A stretch of 64,000 bases of DNA from Takakia lepidozioides (Eukaryota > Plantae > Bryophyta), in assembly GCA_030704615.1 (NCBI GenBank), contig CM060732.1:13144001-13208000 (forward strand). Direction: 5' to 3'. Below, piece after piece: positions 26,303 through 39,819 of the stretch (positions are counted from its first letter, which is position 1; every line of letters begins with the position of its first letter). The position numbers were made by a program, and so were the translations under genes. The notes under the pieces are model-generated. The model did not search any database and had not been told where the DNA came from. It saw nothing but the letters and a program-made list of their open reading frames with translations.

Positions 26303-27963
26303 ATGAGTAGCACATCCCAAGGTGTCGTGCTAGAAGGCAGAAGCCATGGCCAAGGTGCCATATTAGACCCCAATGCCATATTAGACCCCAATGCAGCTGC
26401 CGCTGCCCCAGATGAAAAAGAAGGTGATGAGGCTAGTACTGCAGGGATAGATACAGATCGTCCCAATGTGGCTCCCATGGATAAAGCCTTGTGGGGCACA
26501 CTTCCTGAGGATCTTCAAGATCGAATTTTGGTTTGGCTTCCATTTCCCGCGTTTGCTCGTGCATGCACTGTCTGCAAAAGGTATGTCATTTTCTTCCTCT
26601 CTCAATTTCCCTCTCAAGTTATAGTCAACTTTTTTGTTTCCTTGGAACCATAAGATTATAATATATCTATAGCTAGCTTAAAGTTGTTGTTTTTTATTAC
26701 TAGATTTTTCTTTTGTACATTATCTAGATGAAGTCATGAAAGTTTTCACAATGTTCAGTAAACAATTCTAGGTTGCTTGGTGCAAATTCTATCAATAAAG
26801 AAAAATAATAAGAGCACATTGTTGCATACAGAGCTAACGAGTCAAAGACGTGGCAGGTGGAACTCTATAATGTACTCCTACAGCTTCTTGGAGATGTATC
26901 GGCGGGTTCCATCACCCAAAACATGTTTTCTTATGTTTGAGGCCAAAGATCGAAGTATGTGTTCTGTCTATAATCCCAACTCCAATCGTTGGCATCGCAT
27001 TCCCTTCACATTTTTCCACTACGAGACTAAGTTTCCATGTGCGGCAGCTGGAGGTTTGCTTTGTTTCTGCGGTGTGAGCGCTTATCCTAGCTTGTCGGTT
27101 TGCAATCCACTCACACGCAGGTAAGTGTTACGAGCATAATTTACAGTAAAAAAATCATTTTTCAATTCAATATAAATTTTGAACAACAAGCTTTGCAACA
27201 TATCAAGTTATACTAGGATTTTTGAGCTCAGTAAAAGCACGGTTTGGTTAATCAACAATTTGTATGGCTTCTCAGGTGGCGAGAACTGCCTCCTATGTTA
27301 CACAAGCGCTTCCCAAATCTAGTAGGCATGGTTGTTGACTCAACAACACGAGACTACAAGATTGTAGTGGCTGGCGATTATTATGAAGATAACGTGCGGA
27401 CAGAAGTGTATGATTCGGTCTCAAATTGTTGGCGAATTACCGGTAACCACTTGCCAATTGCAAATTACACCCTCCGCAATGCGTTCTGCAATGGTTTCCA
27501 TTTTTGGGTCACACGGGATCCATATGGGGTGATAGCATTCAACATGCAACATGGGGTATGGAGTGTAGTGAGAGCCCCAATGCCTTCTTTCCTCACCTCC
27601 CCACACCTGGTGGGATGCCAGCGGCGCCTGCTCATGGTGGGAGGGCTAAAAAAACATGCAATACCCAAGAACGTGCGTATGTGGGAGCTTGAACAAAATA
27701 CAATGAATTGGGTAGAAGTTGTCCGAATGCCACACACTCTTTGCAAGCGTTTTTTGAAAGACTCGAGAAACGGGGACTTTATGTGTGTTGGCCACAATGA
27801 TCTTATTTGTTTGACAAGCTATAAATGCCCCCATGCTTTGATCTATGACTTTGTCAAGCGGTCATGGCGTTGGGTGCCAAGTTGTCCCTTGCTCACGGAC
27901 ATTGAGGATTATCGATCGACCATTGGATTTCCTTTTAGCCCCAGGCTGGATGCTCCCGTTTGA
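26303..27963 (+). CDS. F-box/kelch-repeat protein (409 aa); exons 26303-26580, 26857-27120, 27276-27963
   Basis: F-box LPEDLQDRILVWLPFPAFARACTVCKRW; VCNPLTRRWRELPPM, TEVYDSVSNCW and YDFVKRSWRWVP kelch-type motifs. GT-AG introns give 1230 nt in frame. An 18-bp tandem duplication (AILDPN x2) lies in the N-terminus. Confidence 0.93.
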
Positions 27964-30900
27964 TTGATATTGAACTTCAGAAATGTGGTTTTCTTATAAT
28001 TGTCTATAAAAAAAACCTTGATTATGATTTTATGTGGTTAATTTTGGTTTAAGCAGAATTAATTCCATGTCTAAATTTGTGTATTAATCAAACATTCAGA
28101 TCCATCTTCATGTAGTTTCTAAATGTTGCTATCCAATCTCACTTTTGAGATCTCTAGTTTTGATGGTCCATCTTCAGTAAGGCTGGGTATAGACTATTTA
28201 CCATTTTTCCCATCTGCTCTTGTTTGTGAATCCCAATGTTTTCAGTACATCATCCATGGGTTTCAAACATTACTAAAAGATAGTGCACCGGTATAACATC
28301 TTCTCGTATTAGAAATGTAACTTTTCATCTTGTTTCTGGGAAATAATATTACTCCCAATTCTGTCTTGCTAGGTTACACAATTTCTTCATTGCAAAAACT
28401 CAAGAGCACATTTGTTTTTTTTCAAGTCTTCACGTTTGTTACTAATCGTGTTTTTGATCCATCTCTCTTTATAGATAGACAATGTGCCCATTTTCATCTT
28501 GTTGGGGCTTCAATTTCACACCTAATGGCCACGGTTTGCCCTTGTACTTAAATTTCAAAAAAAACAAATGCATATTTTTGCCGAAGCCAGACATAGCTAT
28601 GATACGGTCATTTGACCTCAAAAAGGCTACTGCTTTTGATGGGCAGGTGGACATCTTTAGGACATCCAACACACATATGTAGTTGACCCCACAACCACTT
28701 ATAAAATGGTATTATGGCGCACTAACCATTGGACTAGCTGTTGGATTTTTTGGATGGTTTTAAATTAGGGCTACACAATTGCTCCGCACTACTCGTGAGG
28801 ACTTCTCAAAACACTGTTCTTTTGACTGGAGATATATGTTATTGTTCATATTTTACAATATGAACAATGTAAGAACTTAATGGCACATGCGTGCAACTTG
28901 ACGGTACTTTCGTGGGATTCAGGCTGCGTCGGCTCTTTAAGCTTTGTTGAGGAAAGCTGTGTATGGTCTCTTACATGTGTGTGCCACAGGCTATATGGTG
29001 TAGGCTGAGCCACATTCTTGAGAAGCGGCAGTGGACCAAGAAAAAACTAAGGCCAACAATGCGCAACAAATGGGAATGCTCTTTATCATTTTTGTGGTCT
29101 GTGACATATGACCCCTACATCCCCACATCCATGTTGCGCACTACTGGCAATCATGACATTCCAGTCAACTATAGCCTTATGAGCCATATGCTCGAACAGA
29201 CCCTGCCTATCCACATTTGGCTGAGACATGTCATCTATGAACCTGAACTCGGGAAAGTAATATTGCATCAGATGTTTCATATGTTTCATAAGCAATGACA
29301 TACATGACACTATATTTTTCGCTTGATTTACCCAAGGTATGTACATGACCGGTCTTGGATCAGAATTGAAGGATCCATACCCATGACATGGACTGTACTC
29401 AGCGTGTCTTGAGAATGGCACCCATTGTGAGTGCTTTGGCATGCATGAATGCCCCCCATCCTCCTGTCCTATGTCGTGCACATTCTCTCGAATGTTATCA
29501 CGCTTTGACAGAAATTTCATGGATCAGGACTTTATCTTTTCTCTACGACTCTTGGTGCCTAACTCCCACACCCATGTTGCGTCAAACAATCTCTTAGCAT
29601 ACCTTTTGTAGTCAGCCTTGGACCCGAGGTGATTGGAAAGCTCGAGATTAAAGCTGCAACAACCAGTATCCATCGAAACCAGTGAGTACTCCCATACACC
29701 TGCACAGAACTCAAGAATTGTTGGCTAATTGCACCAAAATGTTGCACTAAAATGTTACCACTTGAAGGCTCTTGTACTCATATTCAGTCCGGAGGTGATT
29801 TATTTAAAAGGTAAACATTGCATTTGGAATATATATCCTCTATAGAAAATAAATAATACTCCAAATAATAGCACTTAACTTGCAAACTTATCAACTTCAG
29901 TCTGGAGGTGACTAGAAAATACTTGAGAAAGCAACAACGAAAATGTACTCCGTAGATTAGTCCAAGGGTTTGTTGGAAGCCTGGATTGCATTACTCTCCC
30001 ATGCCTACTGGAATGCAAAGCAACCGAGCACATGATATAGTCAGCTCCTGTTGGAAAGCCACCAAAATGTTGAAGTCGATTTCCAAGCCGGCTAGTACAA
30101 TCATAAAAGTAATTCACAATTGGACAGAATGAAAATGAAGAGCTCACTAAATTGGCATGGAAGATTGCAGCGTGGAATCGCAGCCATCACCGTCGTCTCG
30201 TGGAATACAGAAGTAACAATATGGACGATTGAACTTAGCACAATCAGATGACCTGCATGAACGCCAGACATAAAAGCAACACCAACGATTATAGGCGAAT
30301 TGACAGAGGTAGCAAATGAATTATGTGCATTTAGGCACATGTAACAGCAAATGTCCTGGAATGGCAAAAGACATATGTTTCCCAACCAACCTGCAAGAGA
30401 TGTTCATCCAAGAGAGCATGGAAGGCGTAACAAAGAGTACCATGCAGAATAGTCATATAGCAGTAGGTATTTTTGTCCACAAAGTTGGAGCTTTTCTTTG
30501 CATACAGCTAGACGCCAAAAGTGTGGTACGGGCTCCACCTTGTGAATACCGCTCTCACCCATCTAACGGAGGACGATCATCATGACCTCCTCCGCATTTG
30601 CGGACACTCGAGATGCAGCTTCCTCGGCCTCTGCATCTTGATTATTTTGTGACGTCGCTCACGTAGCTCTTGAGCGCGCCCCCAAGAACCTCGCCGAAGT
30701 CAGTACAAGCGAGGCATGGTGACAAATGGAAATGGCAGGTGAGAGATAGAAGTGGGAATTGATGTCTTGTTTTTATCACTTCGCGCATCTGCAGAATCCC
30801 GTCACTACCCCCGCCAATTTCCTTCGTTGTAGTGGATACGAAGCGAGATATACAATGGATGTTGTCATCTTCATAATTTTACTACTATTGATGTCAAAAT

Positions 30901-32569
30901 CTTGCTTGAATTGCGAGCAACGATGCACAACGGATGCAGTAACTTAAAAAGCCACTTCAACCTACAAGGCAAGAAATTAACAATATTTCATGATGTACAC
31001 TCATCAATGCTGGCACTTACCAATGTAGATCCCCAGACCATACAGTACCATCCTGGCTATTACCCTATATTTGTCAACCCTATATTTGTCAACCCCATGC
31101 TACATGCACATGTCTCGCTAGGCTCTGCCCATACATCCTCTTAGTTCAGGGATTTCCCACCAACGCCCTTCCACCCTCTACTCCTACCCCACCACTAATC
31201 ATACACTTCATCGAATTTACGTACTGCCACGACCGCTTCCCGCACACCTCCATCCTCGAAAAGCGCCAGAAATATGCTCCGCTTATCTTTGTTATTCGCC
31301 GACGAGGGTGGGCCACGGGCCCACTCTCCGTCATCTCCACAGGCACCAGAAAGGGCATACACAACGACAATATCTCAACACTTCAAGATAATTTTAAAAT
31401 CCCCACCACCTCCATACATACATGCTTTAAATAAATCCACCTACGACACTTCGCTCTCTAACAGCCATCATAACCAATAAGCGGAAACTTGAATCCACCC
31501 CATCTCTGGTACCCCAAGGTACCCTCGGGTACCCTAGATACCCAGAGATACCTCATACCCCCAGTTACTTGGTGTCCCCTGGACACTTGTCATATTTATA
31601 TAGGGCCCACCCTTGAAAGGGGGCAGTAGCCGCAAGGCGAAGTGGCTCTTGAATAAGCCGGCTTTGGCCAGAGTCTTCTCTCATGACGTACATGTCCATG
31701 CAAAGAGATGTAGAACTCCCATATGGTAATCCCTGTTTTACAGCAATGTGTGTGACACAAGACTATGATTGTACAGATTCTTAAAGTCTACCGATGCAGG
31801 TAACCATGAAGGATCTATTCAAAGGTGTGCTGAAACATGCACAGATTCCATCATTTGTCCCCATGATGTGTTTTCGAATGCTCACTTTTGACGATTGTAG
31901 ATTGCGAGCATGATGGAACCACCAAAGACAGTGTTGATGGGTGTTTGTTGTGGACTTGAGAACAGATTTTCACAACAAAGAATGGCATGATGTGCACGAT
32001 GCCTAGCTACATTATGTGAGGATGAAAATAGCTTCAAATGCGTAATTGACATTTCATGAAATGAGGCAGACCCGGCAAGGTGTTTCCATTCGTGCGCACA
32101 GATTGTATGCATCGCTAGGAGGTTACATAGAAATCCGTTTATGCTATAAGCAAAACAAGCAAAATACACTCCCTATGAAGAGAATTAAATGACACCTTGC
32201 AAGTAAGTCTTCGGGAGCACTAAAAGTCTAATTGCCAACACTTGTGCATGTACTATGATATGCATCCTGAATTTCCTGCCATGTCAGCTCACCGAGCTCA
32301 CTGCGATTGTGTTCCCACCGTCACAATACACCTGCATTATCATTCACATCCAATTCTCTTACTCAGTTGGACCTCAAGCCTTCATTCACATTCTTGGCAA
32401 TTTGAAGAGGCTCCTCCCGGCCATGAATTGACTGGGAGCTCGAGAGGGCAACAATGCAATCTTGAAGTTTTTTTGCATTTCCTGCTAGCTACTTTAGGCT
32501 CTCGAACCATGGCAAGAGTGAATTCCATGTCTCGTAGGCGACCCTCGTCACTTGTGGGGAACACCTCAC

Positions 32570-32665
32570 CCGATTTTCCCTTGCTCTTGTCCTCAGCTTT
32601 GACATTAAGGCTACCACCGGCATGCACTTCAAAACTGACGACAATTTCTGGCAAATGATCCAGCC
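32570..32665 (-). pseudogene. HSP70/BiP substrate-binding-domain fragment
   Basis: [28 protein letters not shown] resembles the HSP70 motif [27 protein letters not shown]; isolated, with no other HSP70 exons. Confidence 0.7.
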
Positions 32666-33801
32666 TGCATGAAAGGTGCTTCAAAAATACAATTCAATTA
32701 TGCAAGCATGAAGTAGTGGACAGAGCATGCACACTTCGACATTCCATTGTTTCCTCCCGCACATAAGAGCTCAGCATGTTCATTGGTCTTGCAGATCCAC
32801 GTACCTACATTTTGGGGGATTCCTCTCCAATTCGTCTTGTACCACATGAAGCGTATTTTCAGAACAAGCATTGAACTTCGAAACATGTTGCCCCGGATGG
32901 CTGCCATGGCTTCCGCACTATGATGTTCACTCCAAGGACTAATGATACAGCCTCCTCTGCAAGCGACTAAGCCTTTCCTAAGTGCGCTAATTAATCCTGC
33001 TAATGTATGCTATTAGCTTGAGCGCGGAAAGCTTGTGAGGGCGACAACATATGACGTGGCATATGATGACAACATCACACCTCCTATCTTTTCAATCTGC
33101 TGCTCACTTCGTGACATGTGCACTCTTAAAATACACGTGTGACAGTTGTTACCCATATTGTTGTGCTTCACATACTTGTGTAGTAGACCCTGTGAAATGT
33201 GCCACAAATATCACGGTCAACGTGCCAATATATTTTGTTGACTCTGGCCGTGTGGAGTGGTCCCAATATAGTATGACATACGCCACACTTGCTAGTCTCA
33301 TGGTGCCACACTATGGATGGTTCCACGCAGTGTGGAAAAAACCACTTGCTCCTCTAGTGATCACTTTATGATTCTTATATAAACGACGGCCTTGGGGCCT
33401 ATACAAGTGGACCTTCAAAATGAAAACTAGTTGCTCGATTAATTCATGGCTTAGCCAGGCTACAATGACCTTACCTCAATAGCCGCCTAGGACCACGTGG
33501 CGAGGCGCCATTTGCTGATCGCGCGGGGCGGCGAAAGACTGCTGGCTCACGGCCAACGGTCTTTGGGTTTAGCCGTGCGTCCCATGCACAGTAATAATTA
33601 GTCTCGCCACTGTGCTAAGTTGGCATTAAACTTGTGATTAAGGACAGTGGGATCTCAAATATTTGTGTGCAAGGAAAGCATGACTGTGACCCTTTTTTCT
33701 CTCAGCATTTTACTCTCAATCCCTTCTTTTTAAGAAATAATCAAATGGGAGGAAGCCCTGTAAAGCTGATCATGGAAAATTTAACCAAGCGGGGTAGTTT
33801 C

Positions 33802-34001
33802 CAGTGTTGGGCGTTTGAGAGCAAAGGGAGGAAGCCCTAAGTTTGGAGCTTTATTTCATGTTGTTGAAGGGAAAGAAAAAAACCGGCAGTTCCAGTTGCT
33901 GGAAACTAATAACCTGCGGTTGCGGTTATTCTAATATTATCACCTCTACCGGTCATATATATATACCCGGATAGATAACCTTAGATAGCCACCCAACATT
34001 G
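33802..34001. mobile_element. hAT-type MITE
   Basis: TIRs CAGTGTTGGG / CCCAACATTG; perfect 8-bp TSD GTAGTTTC (33794-33801 and 34002-34009). Confidence 0.85.
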
Positions 34002-34066
34002 GTAGTTTCTCCTCTGGCCCGTTGATGGTTAATTTTTCCACCTCTTGCAATGTTTATTCTATTTTC

Positions 34067-34259
34067 TTTTTTTTGGTTTCCAAGGAAACCGGCCAGCCCT
34101 AGCAACTTGGCCTTGAGGGGGAAAATCAACACCCTTTCTGAGCCATGGAGACATTATAGGGGCGGTGACTCAGCCCGAAGGCAGAGAGATAGATGACAGG
34201 GGTTTGAACCCCAGACCCAGAGGCCAATGCACAAAGTGGCTTACCACCGGGCCACAACC
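34067..34259 (-). mobile_element. tRNA-derived SINE
   Basis: Minus strand: A-box TGGCCCGGTGG, B-box GGTTCAAACC, body TCTCCATGGCTCAGAAAGGGTGTTG shared with ~6215, oligo-A tail. Confidence 0.7.
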
Positions 34260-36759
34260 TTGTTGTATAATGCTATTTTTGTTCCAAAAAAACCAAAACC
34301 AAAACAAAGAAAACAACAACAAGAAGGCAATACATCAAAATTCTGTTTGGGTAGTCACCAATAAGTTTTAAAAAAAAAATCAGACTAGGCCGGATAGCTC
34401 TGTCCTAATAGTCAGCTTTCTCTCTCTCTTTAAATAAAACATGTTTGGTACTTGGGTTTGACTAAAATGCTAGAATTTATGGGCGGTTTTTTGGTTGATT
34501 ATAATTATCTATTTATATGTATAAATTTTTGTTCACACCCGAGAACAACGGCTTACAAATCAGGCCCTTTAATCAAAGTGAGAATAGAATGTAACCTCGC
34601 CATGAGGTATTGAGCATAAGACAGCACCCAGGGGAAGGGGATAGAGGATTATACCACATCCGACAATATAGCAGATTGAATCCAAAATCATCTCAGTGGT
34701 CCTCATTGCAAACAGAAAATAATAAAATAATAAAATAAAATTTTGGTATTTTTTAATAGAACTCACTAAAGTATTTATGAAATATTTGGATATATATATA
34801 TATATGACATCAGCCATAGCTAGTGTAAAACTAAGACCCTCTTCCCCTTGTGATTATTGCCCTCTTTCACAAAAATGTTCCCCACTAACGTACAGCGCCC
34901 GGAAACAAGTCCGTCGTTATAGTTTAACCCCTAAAGAACGACGCGACCCGATTTGGGTTGCGTCAGATTACTTGCCACACTCCAGCTCCCGATAGTGGAT
35001 GGAAGTGAACCTTGAAGATGAATTGTAGATGTCACAGAGGAGCATATGTGGGAATGTACAGTGCCAAAAAATCATAAAAGCTCTGCTCCCTAGAATTCTG
35101 CAAAGTGCCAGGGTTTCAGGAAATCCAATGTTAGAGCACCATTGACCTCCCTATGTGGCAGCCAAATGCGCAATCTTCAAGATAACATCTAGGGCTGAAT
35201 ATTTATCATAATGCCAAAAAATTTGGACAAGGCACCATGAAATGTTACTGTGCACTTACCAGAGGAATTGGAAACAAATGTCACCTCATGGGTGTACTTG
35301 GGAAAGAAGCCAAAACAAGATAATATACCCCCCATATTTCACATACTAAGCAGCCGGGTCCGTAAACTCCATTAGCGATGAGCACAGCTAAGCATGAGCA
35401 TGAGCAGAAATAAGCATGAGCAGAGTCTGAAATGACACAATTTTGAGGCAATTTTGAGGCCATTCCACAGTTATTTGAACGAAAATGGTGGATCAATGCG
35501 GACAACCAGAAGGTCAAATTATGGGAAGTCGACAGCGAATATGGACCCGCGGTAATATGCCATGTTTTTATTTCCGCGGAACAACCGACAAAGGAAGTTA
35601 GAATGATCACTGTCCGTGTCGCGGCCCTTTGCCTTGAGGGCAGGGGGTCGGGACACAAGAGGGGCTGCCCTTGTGGTGGGGGCAGTGGCAACAATAGGTA
35701 CGGGGGCTGAAGTACCCTTGAGTGCCCAAGGCACTCAAGGAGGCGGAGGCGCTCACTAGGTGGAGCCCCGCACACCGGGTTGCGGTGGGGGTGGTTCCAC
35801 GAGGGGTGGTGGTAGCTTAGTGGGTCTTAGTGGGGGTGGCATAGGACTCATCATGCACTACAACATATCGCGGTATATATGACTGTATATATGACTATCC
35901 CATAGTCATAAACGGTACATATGACTGCAATGACTTTAAGTCGTGCAAACGAAGTGAATACAATGAGTACAGTATGGTCGATCATGGATGAACCAAGTGA
36001 TACATCTCACTGTCATGTGGCAGTCATATGTACTCCTACCATACATGACTTAGTGTGCTGCTGCAAACTGTACACGTGTCTCTTTTTAATAAGTCCAGGA
36101 GGTTTTGTGGATGTGCGCCATATGGCGTCTCCCGAAACTGCCACGTGGCATATCCATGAGGAGGATCTGCAATCATCATCCTGACTACAACCATGCTAAT
36201 ATCTGGACACGTGGCATATAATGAGAGGTCTTACAGTCATTGTTCTGACTACAAACATCATGATATGTGGACACGTGGCAAGTATTGAGGAGGTCATGCA
36301 GTCATGATCCTAACTATGACATGCTGATATATGGACACGTGGTGTCATATGAGGGGTTGTTTTGAACTTTTAAATGTATTGGACAGTCAGAGCCGCGACT
36401 ATGCTTATCTCGTTAGGGTTAGTAGAGATTAGGGTTAGTATTATTCAATACTAAACAAAGAGAAGAACAAAGGGAAGAACTAAGAGACAAAAAATGACTC
36501 TGCAAATGAATGCTTTATTCACAGGAAAGAACAAAGTCAGCAAGTGCAAAGGACAAAACATAGGCACTTAAAGACAACAGTAGATGTAAGAGCTTCTCTT
36601 AAACTGCTGCCAGTCAAATTTACGATATAGCACCGGAGTCCCAAAATCTGCTCCTCAAACAATAGTATGACAAAGTGCAAAGGACACTACATATGCACTG
36701 AAGATATCAATAGATGTAAAATGCGTATGTCTTTCTACTTTTGCTACTGTTCCAGCACA

Positions 36760-37180
36760 ACAACAAATCAGCAGGATAGGGTGCACCCACATTTTGCATG
36801 TACATGTCCACGAGGGTATTGTTCAGAATGACATTTGGTAAAATTCCAGCTCTGACAATGTTGCCATGGACTTCTGTTCCCTTTTCCAGAGCTGCCAGGC
36901 TTGCACATACATTGCAAATGCACAAAAATGTGATGTGGTCGGGCTTCACCCCTACCCCCATCATTTGATCATAGGTCTCCAAAGCCTCCATACCACGTCC
37001 GGCCTGCAATGCAGACCCTGCAAGCATCGCGTTCCATGACACCACTTCTCGTTCAGCCATAGTGTTGAAAACTCCCTTCGCATCCTTAATGCACCCACAT
37101 TTGGCATACATGTCACTAGGGCAGTATTCAGAATGACATCCGGTACAATTCCAGCTTAGACAATGTCACCATGGACCTCT
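36760..37180 (-). pseudogene. PLS-class PPR gene fragment
   Basis: MYAKCGCIKDAKGVFNTMAEREVVSWNAML...VKPDHITFLCICNVCASLAALEKGTEVHGNIVRAG...NTLVDMY then a frameshift. Confidence 0.85.
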
Positions 37181-37829
37181 TTCTGGCCCTCTTAGATGAA
37201 TCTGCACCCACACTCTATCCCTGCTCCTTCAGCTATCCATGCCTATGCACAAATCATGCATACATCCTTGCCTTGCTGCTAGCAGCTGACGATGACAGCC
37301 TAGATTTATTCTAGGAAACACCCAACTCAACTTATCACACTAGTTCCTATGCTCAATTGCGTCTGCTACTCTCTACAATCAGACAGACATTCACCTTCTT
37401 GCCTTGATTGTCCCACCATTGACTGGGTAAGAAAAGTATTCATTCCACAGCTTCTCCTCATCTCTGTTACCTGTTTCTGGATACTTTCCTGTTGTCACAT
37501 TGGCAGTATCATGTCAAGTCACTCCAAACTATCAAAGGTTCACTCAACCAGCTAACATGCAGAATTCAACATGGAAACTTAGGGTCGATTCTGATAAGGA
37601 AAAACAGGGTGAAATGTGTTGAAGAAGGTGCCTTCCTTAGCAGTGCTTGATTGATCAATTCCACCGCTACTCCTGCAGCTTCCAGTTGACCATCACCCAT
37701 CTTATCACACTAGTTCCTATGCTCAATTGCATCTTCTACTCTCTGTAATCCAACAGGCATTCACCTTTTTGCCTTGATTGTCCCACCGTTGACTGGGGTC
37801 AGAAAAGTAGTGACTACAACAGAACGCTC

Positions 37830-39815
37830 CCAGGCTTGCACACGCATTGTAAACACAAACAAATGTGATGCGGTTGGGCTTCAACCCTTCGCGCAACATT
37901 TGCTCATAGGTCTCCAAAGCATTCCTATCAACCCATGCTTGGTAAATCCTGCCAATATTATATTCCACGTGATCAAAGATCATTGAGGGATTCTGTTGAA
38001 CACTTGGTGAGCATAGATGTACACCAGGGGAATGTTCAGAATGACATCTGGTACAATTCCAGCTTTGATAATGTCACCATGAACCTCTTTGACCATTCCC
38101 AGGGCTGCTAAGCTCGCATATGCATATTATAAACACAAATGAGCATGACCTGGTCTGGCTTCATCCTTTCCCATATCATTTGCTCTTAGGTTTCCAAAGC
38201 CTTAATCCCATACCCATGCTGCACATACCTTGCAATCATGGCACTCCAAAACACCACATCTCGTTCAGCCATATTGTTGAACTCTCCCTTCGCATCAGGC
38301 GTGCTGCACCCACATTTGGCATACATGTCCACCAGGGTAGTGTTCAGAATGACATCTTTGATGATGTCACCATGGACCTCTTTCCCCTTTTCCAGAGCTC
38401 CCAAGCTTGCACACGTATTTCAAACACAAACAAACGTGATGTGGCTGGGCTTCAACCCTTCGCCAGCAGTTGCTCATAGGTCTCCAAAGCATTCCTACCA
38501 CACCCATGCTTGGTAAATCCTGCCAACATTATATTCCACGTGATCAAAGATCGTTGAGGGATTCTGATGAACACTTGGTGAGCATAGATGTACACCAAGG
38601 GAATGTTCAGAATGACATCTGGTACAATTCCAGCTTTGATAATGTCACCATGAACCTCTTTGACCATTCCCAGGGCTGCTAAGCTCGCATATGCATATTA
38701 TAAACACAAATGAGCATGACCTGGTCTGGCTTCATCCCTTCCCACATCATTTGCTCTTAGGTTTCCAAAGCCTTAATCCCATACCCATGCTGCACATACC
38801 TTGCAATCATGGCACTCCAAAACACCACATCTCGTTCAGCCATATTGTCAAACTACCTTCGCATTAGGCCTGCTGCACCCACATTTGGCATACATGTCCA
38901 CCAGGGCAGTGTTCAGAATGACATCTGGTACAAATCCAGCTTTGATGATGTCACCATGGACCTCTTTCCCCTTTTCCAGAGCTCCCAAGCTTGTACACGC
39001 ATTGCAAACACAAACAAACGTAATGTGGTTGGGCTTCACCCCTTCGCACAGCAGTTACTCATATGTCTCCATAGCATTCCTACCACACCCATGCTTGGTA
39101 ACTCCTACCAACATTATATTCCATGTGATCAAAGATCGTTGAGGCATTCTGTTGAACACTTGGTGAGCATCCATGATGCTCCCGCACTTAACATGCATGG
39201 AGACAATGGTGTTGAGTAGAAAAACATTTGGCGTGCATGTAAGTGTGCACCTGCTTTCCAGCGTCCAGACCTTCCATCTTGTTGCACTTAAGCAAGGGAC
39301 AGACATACGTACCTCAATAGCTGAAATGCCTCATTGGTTTTAAGTCTATAGAGCCTCTGTCAATCTGCCTGCCGCAAAGCATCTTCACATGCCCAAAAGT
39401 GCCTGAAGAGGCATTGTGGACTCCCTCTCTTGATCCTCTTTTAGAAGCTGTGGTCATGGTTGAGGTGCCTGGTTTCATGAACTGTGCCGCTGCAGCTGCA
39501 GCCTTCAGTTGACCATCTACCATGCAGGTTTCTTGTAGCTATTGATCCATAGGGAATCACATCTGGTACAATTCCAGCTTTGGCGATGCAACCATGCACC
39601 TCTTTGCCCTTTTCCAGGGCTGCCAGGCTTGCACACGCACTGCAAACGCACACAAACCTGATGTGGTCGGGCTTCACCCTTCCCCAATCATTTGCTCATA
39701 GGTCTCCAAAGCCTCCATCCCGTGCCCCTGATGTGCATACCCTGCAAGCATGGCATTCCACGACAACACATCTCGTTCAGCCAGAGTGTGGAAAACTCCC
39801 TTCGCATCCTGAATG
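37830..39815 (-). pseudogene. Tandemly amplified PLS-class PPR repeat fragments with a PPR N-terminal region
   Basis: Repeated KPNHITFVCVCNAC/ALEKGKEVHGDI/LVDMYAKCG/ITWNIML motifs across frameshifted ORFs; near-identical blocks recur at ~37903, ~38473 and ~39058. Confidence 0.85.
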
Positions 39816-39819
39816 CCAG

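Noticed and set aside
31603-31650. HDV-like ribozyme or SSU rRNA helix-27 fragment
   Set aside because: No room for the P1/P1.1 double pseudoknot, and the would-be catalytic C is T in the other two copies; no flanking rRNA homology. Kept only as an unclassified structured motif.
35281-35775. 164-aa ORF (and its twin at 45958-46176) as a protein-coding gene
   Set aside because: Antisense reading of GC-rich LTR sequence with no recognisable domain.
36707-39677. Functional PPR gene
   Set aside because: Multiple frameshifts, stops and motif deletions, no E/DYW domain, and it lies inside CACTA TIRs.
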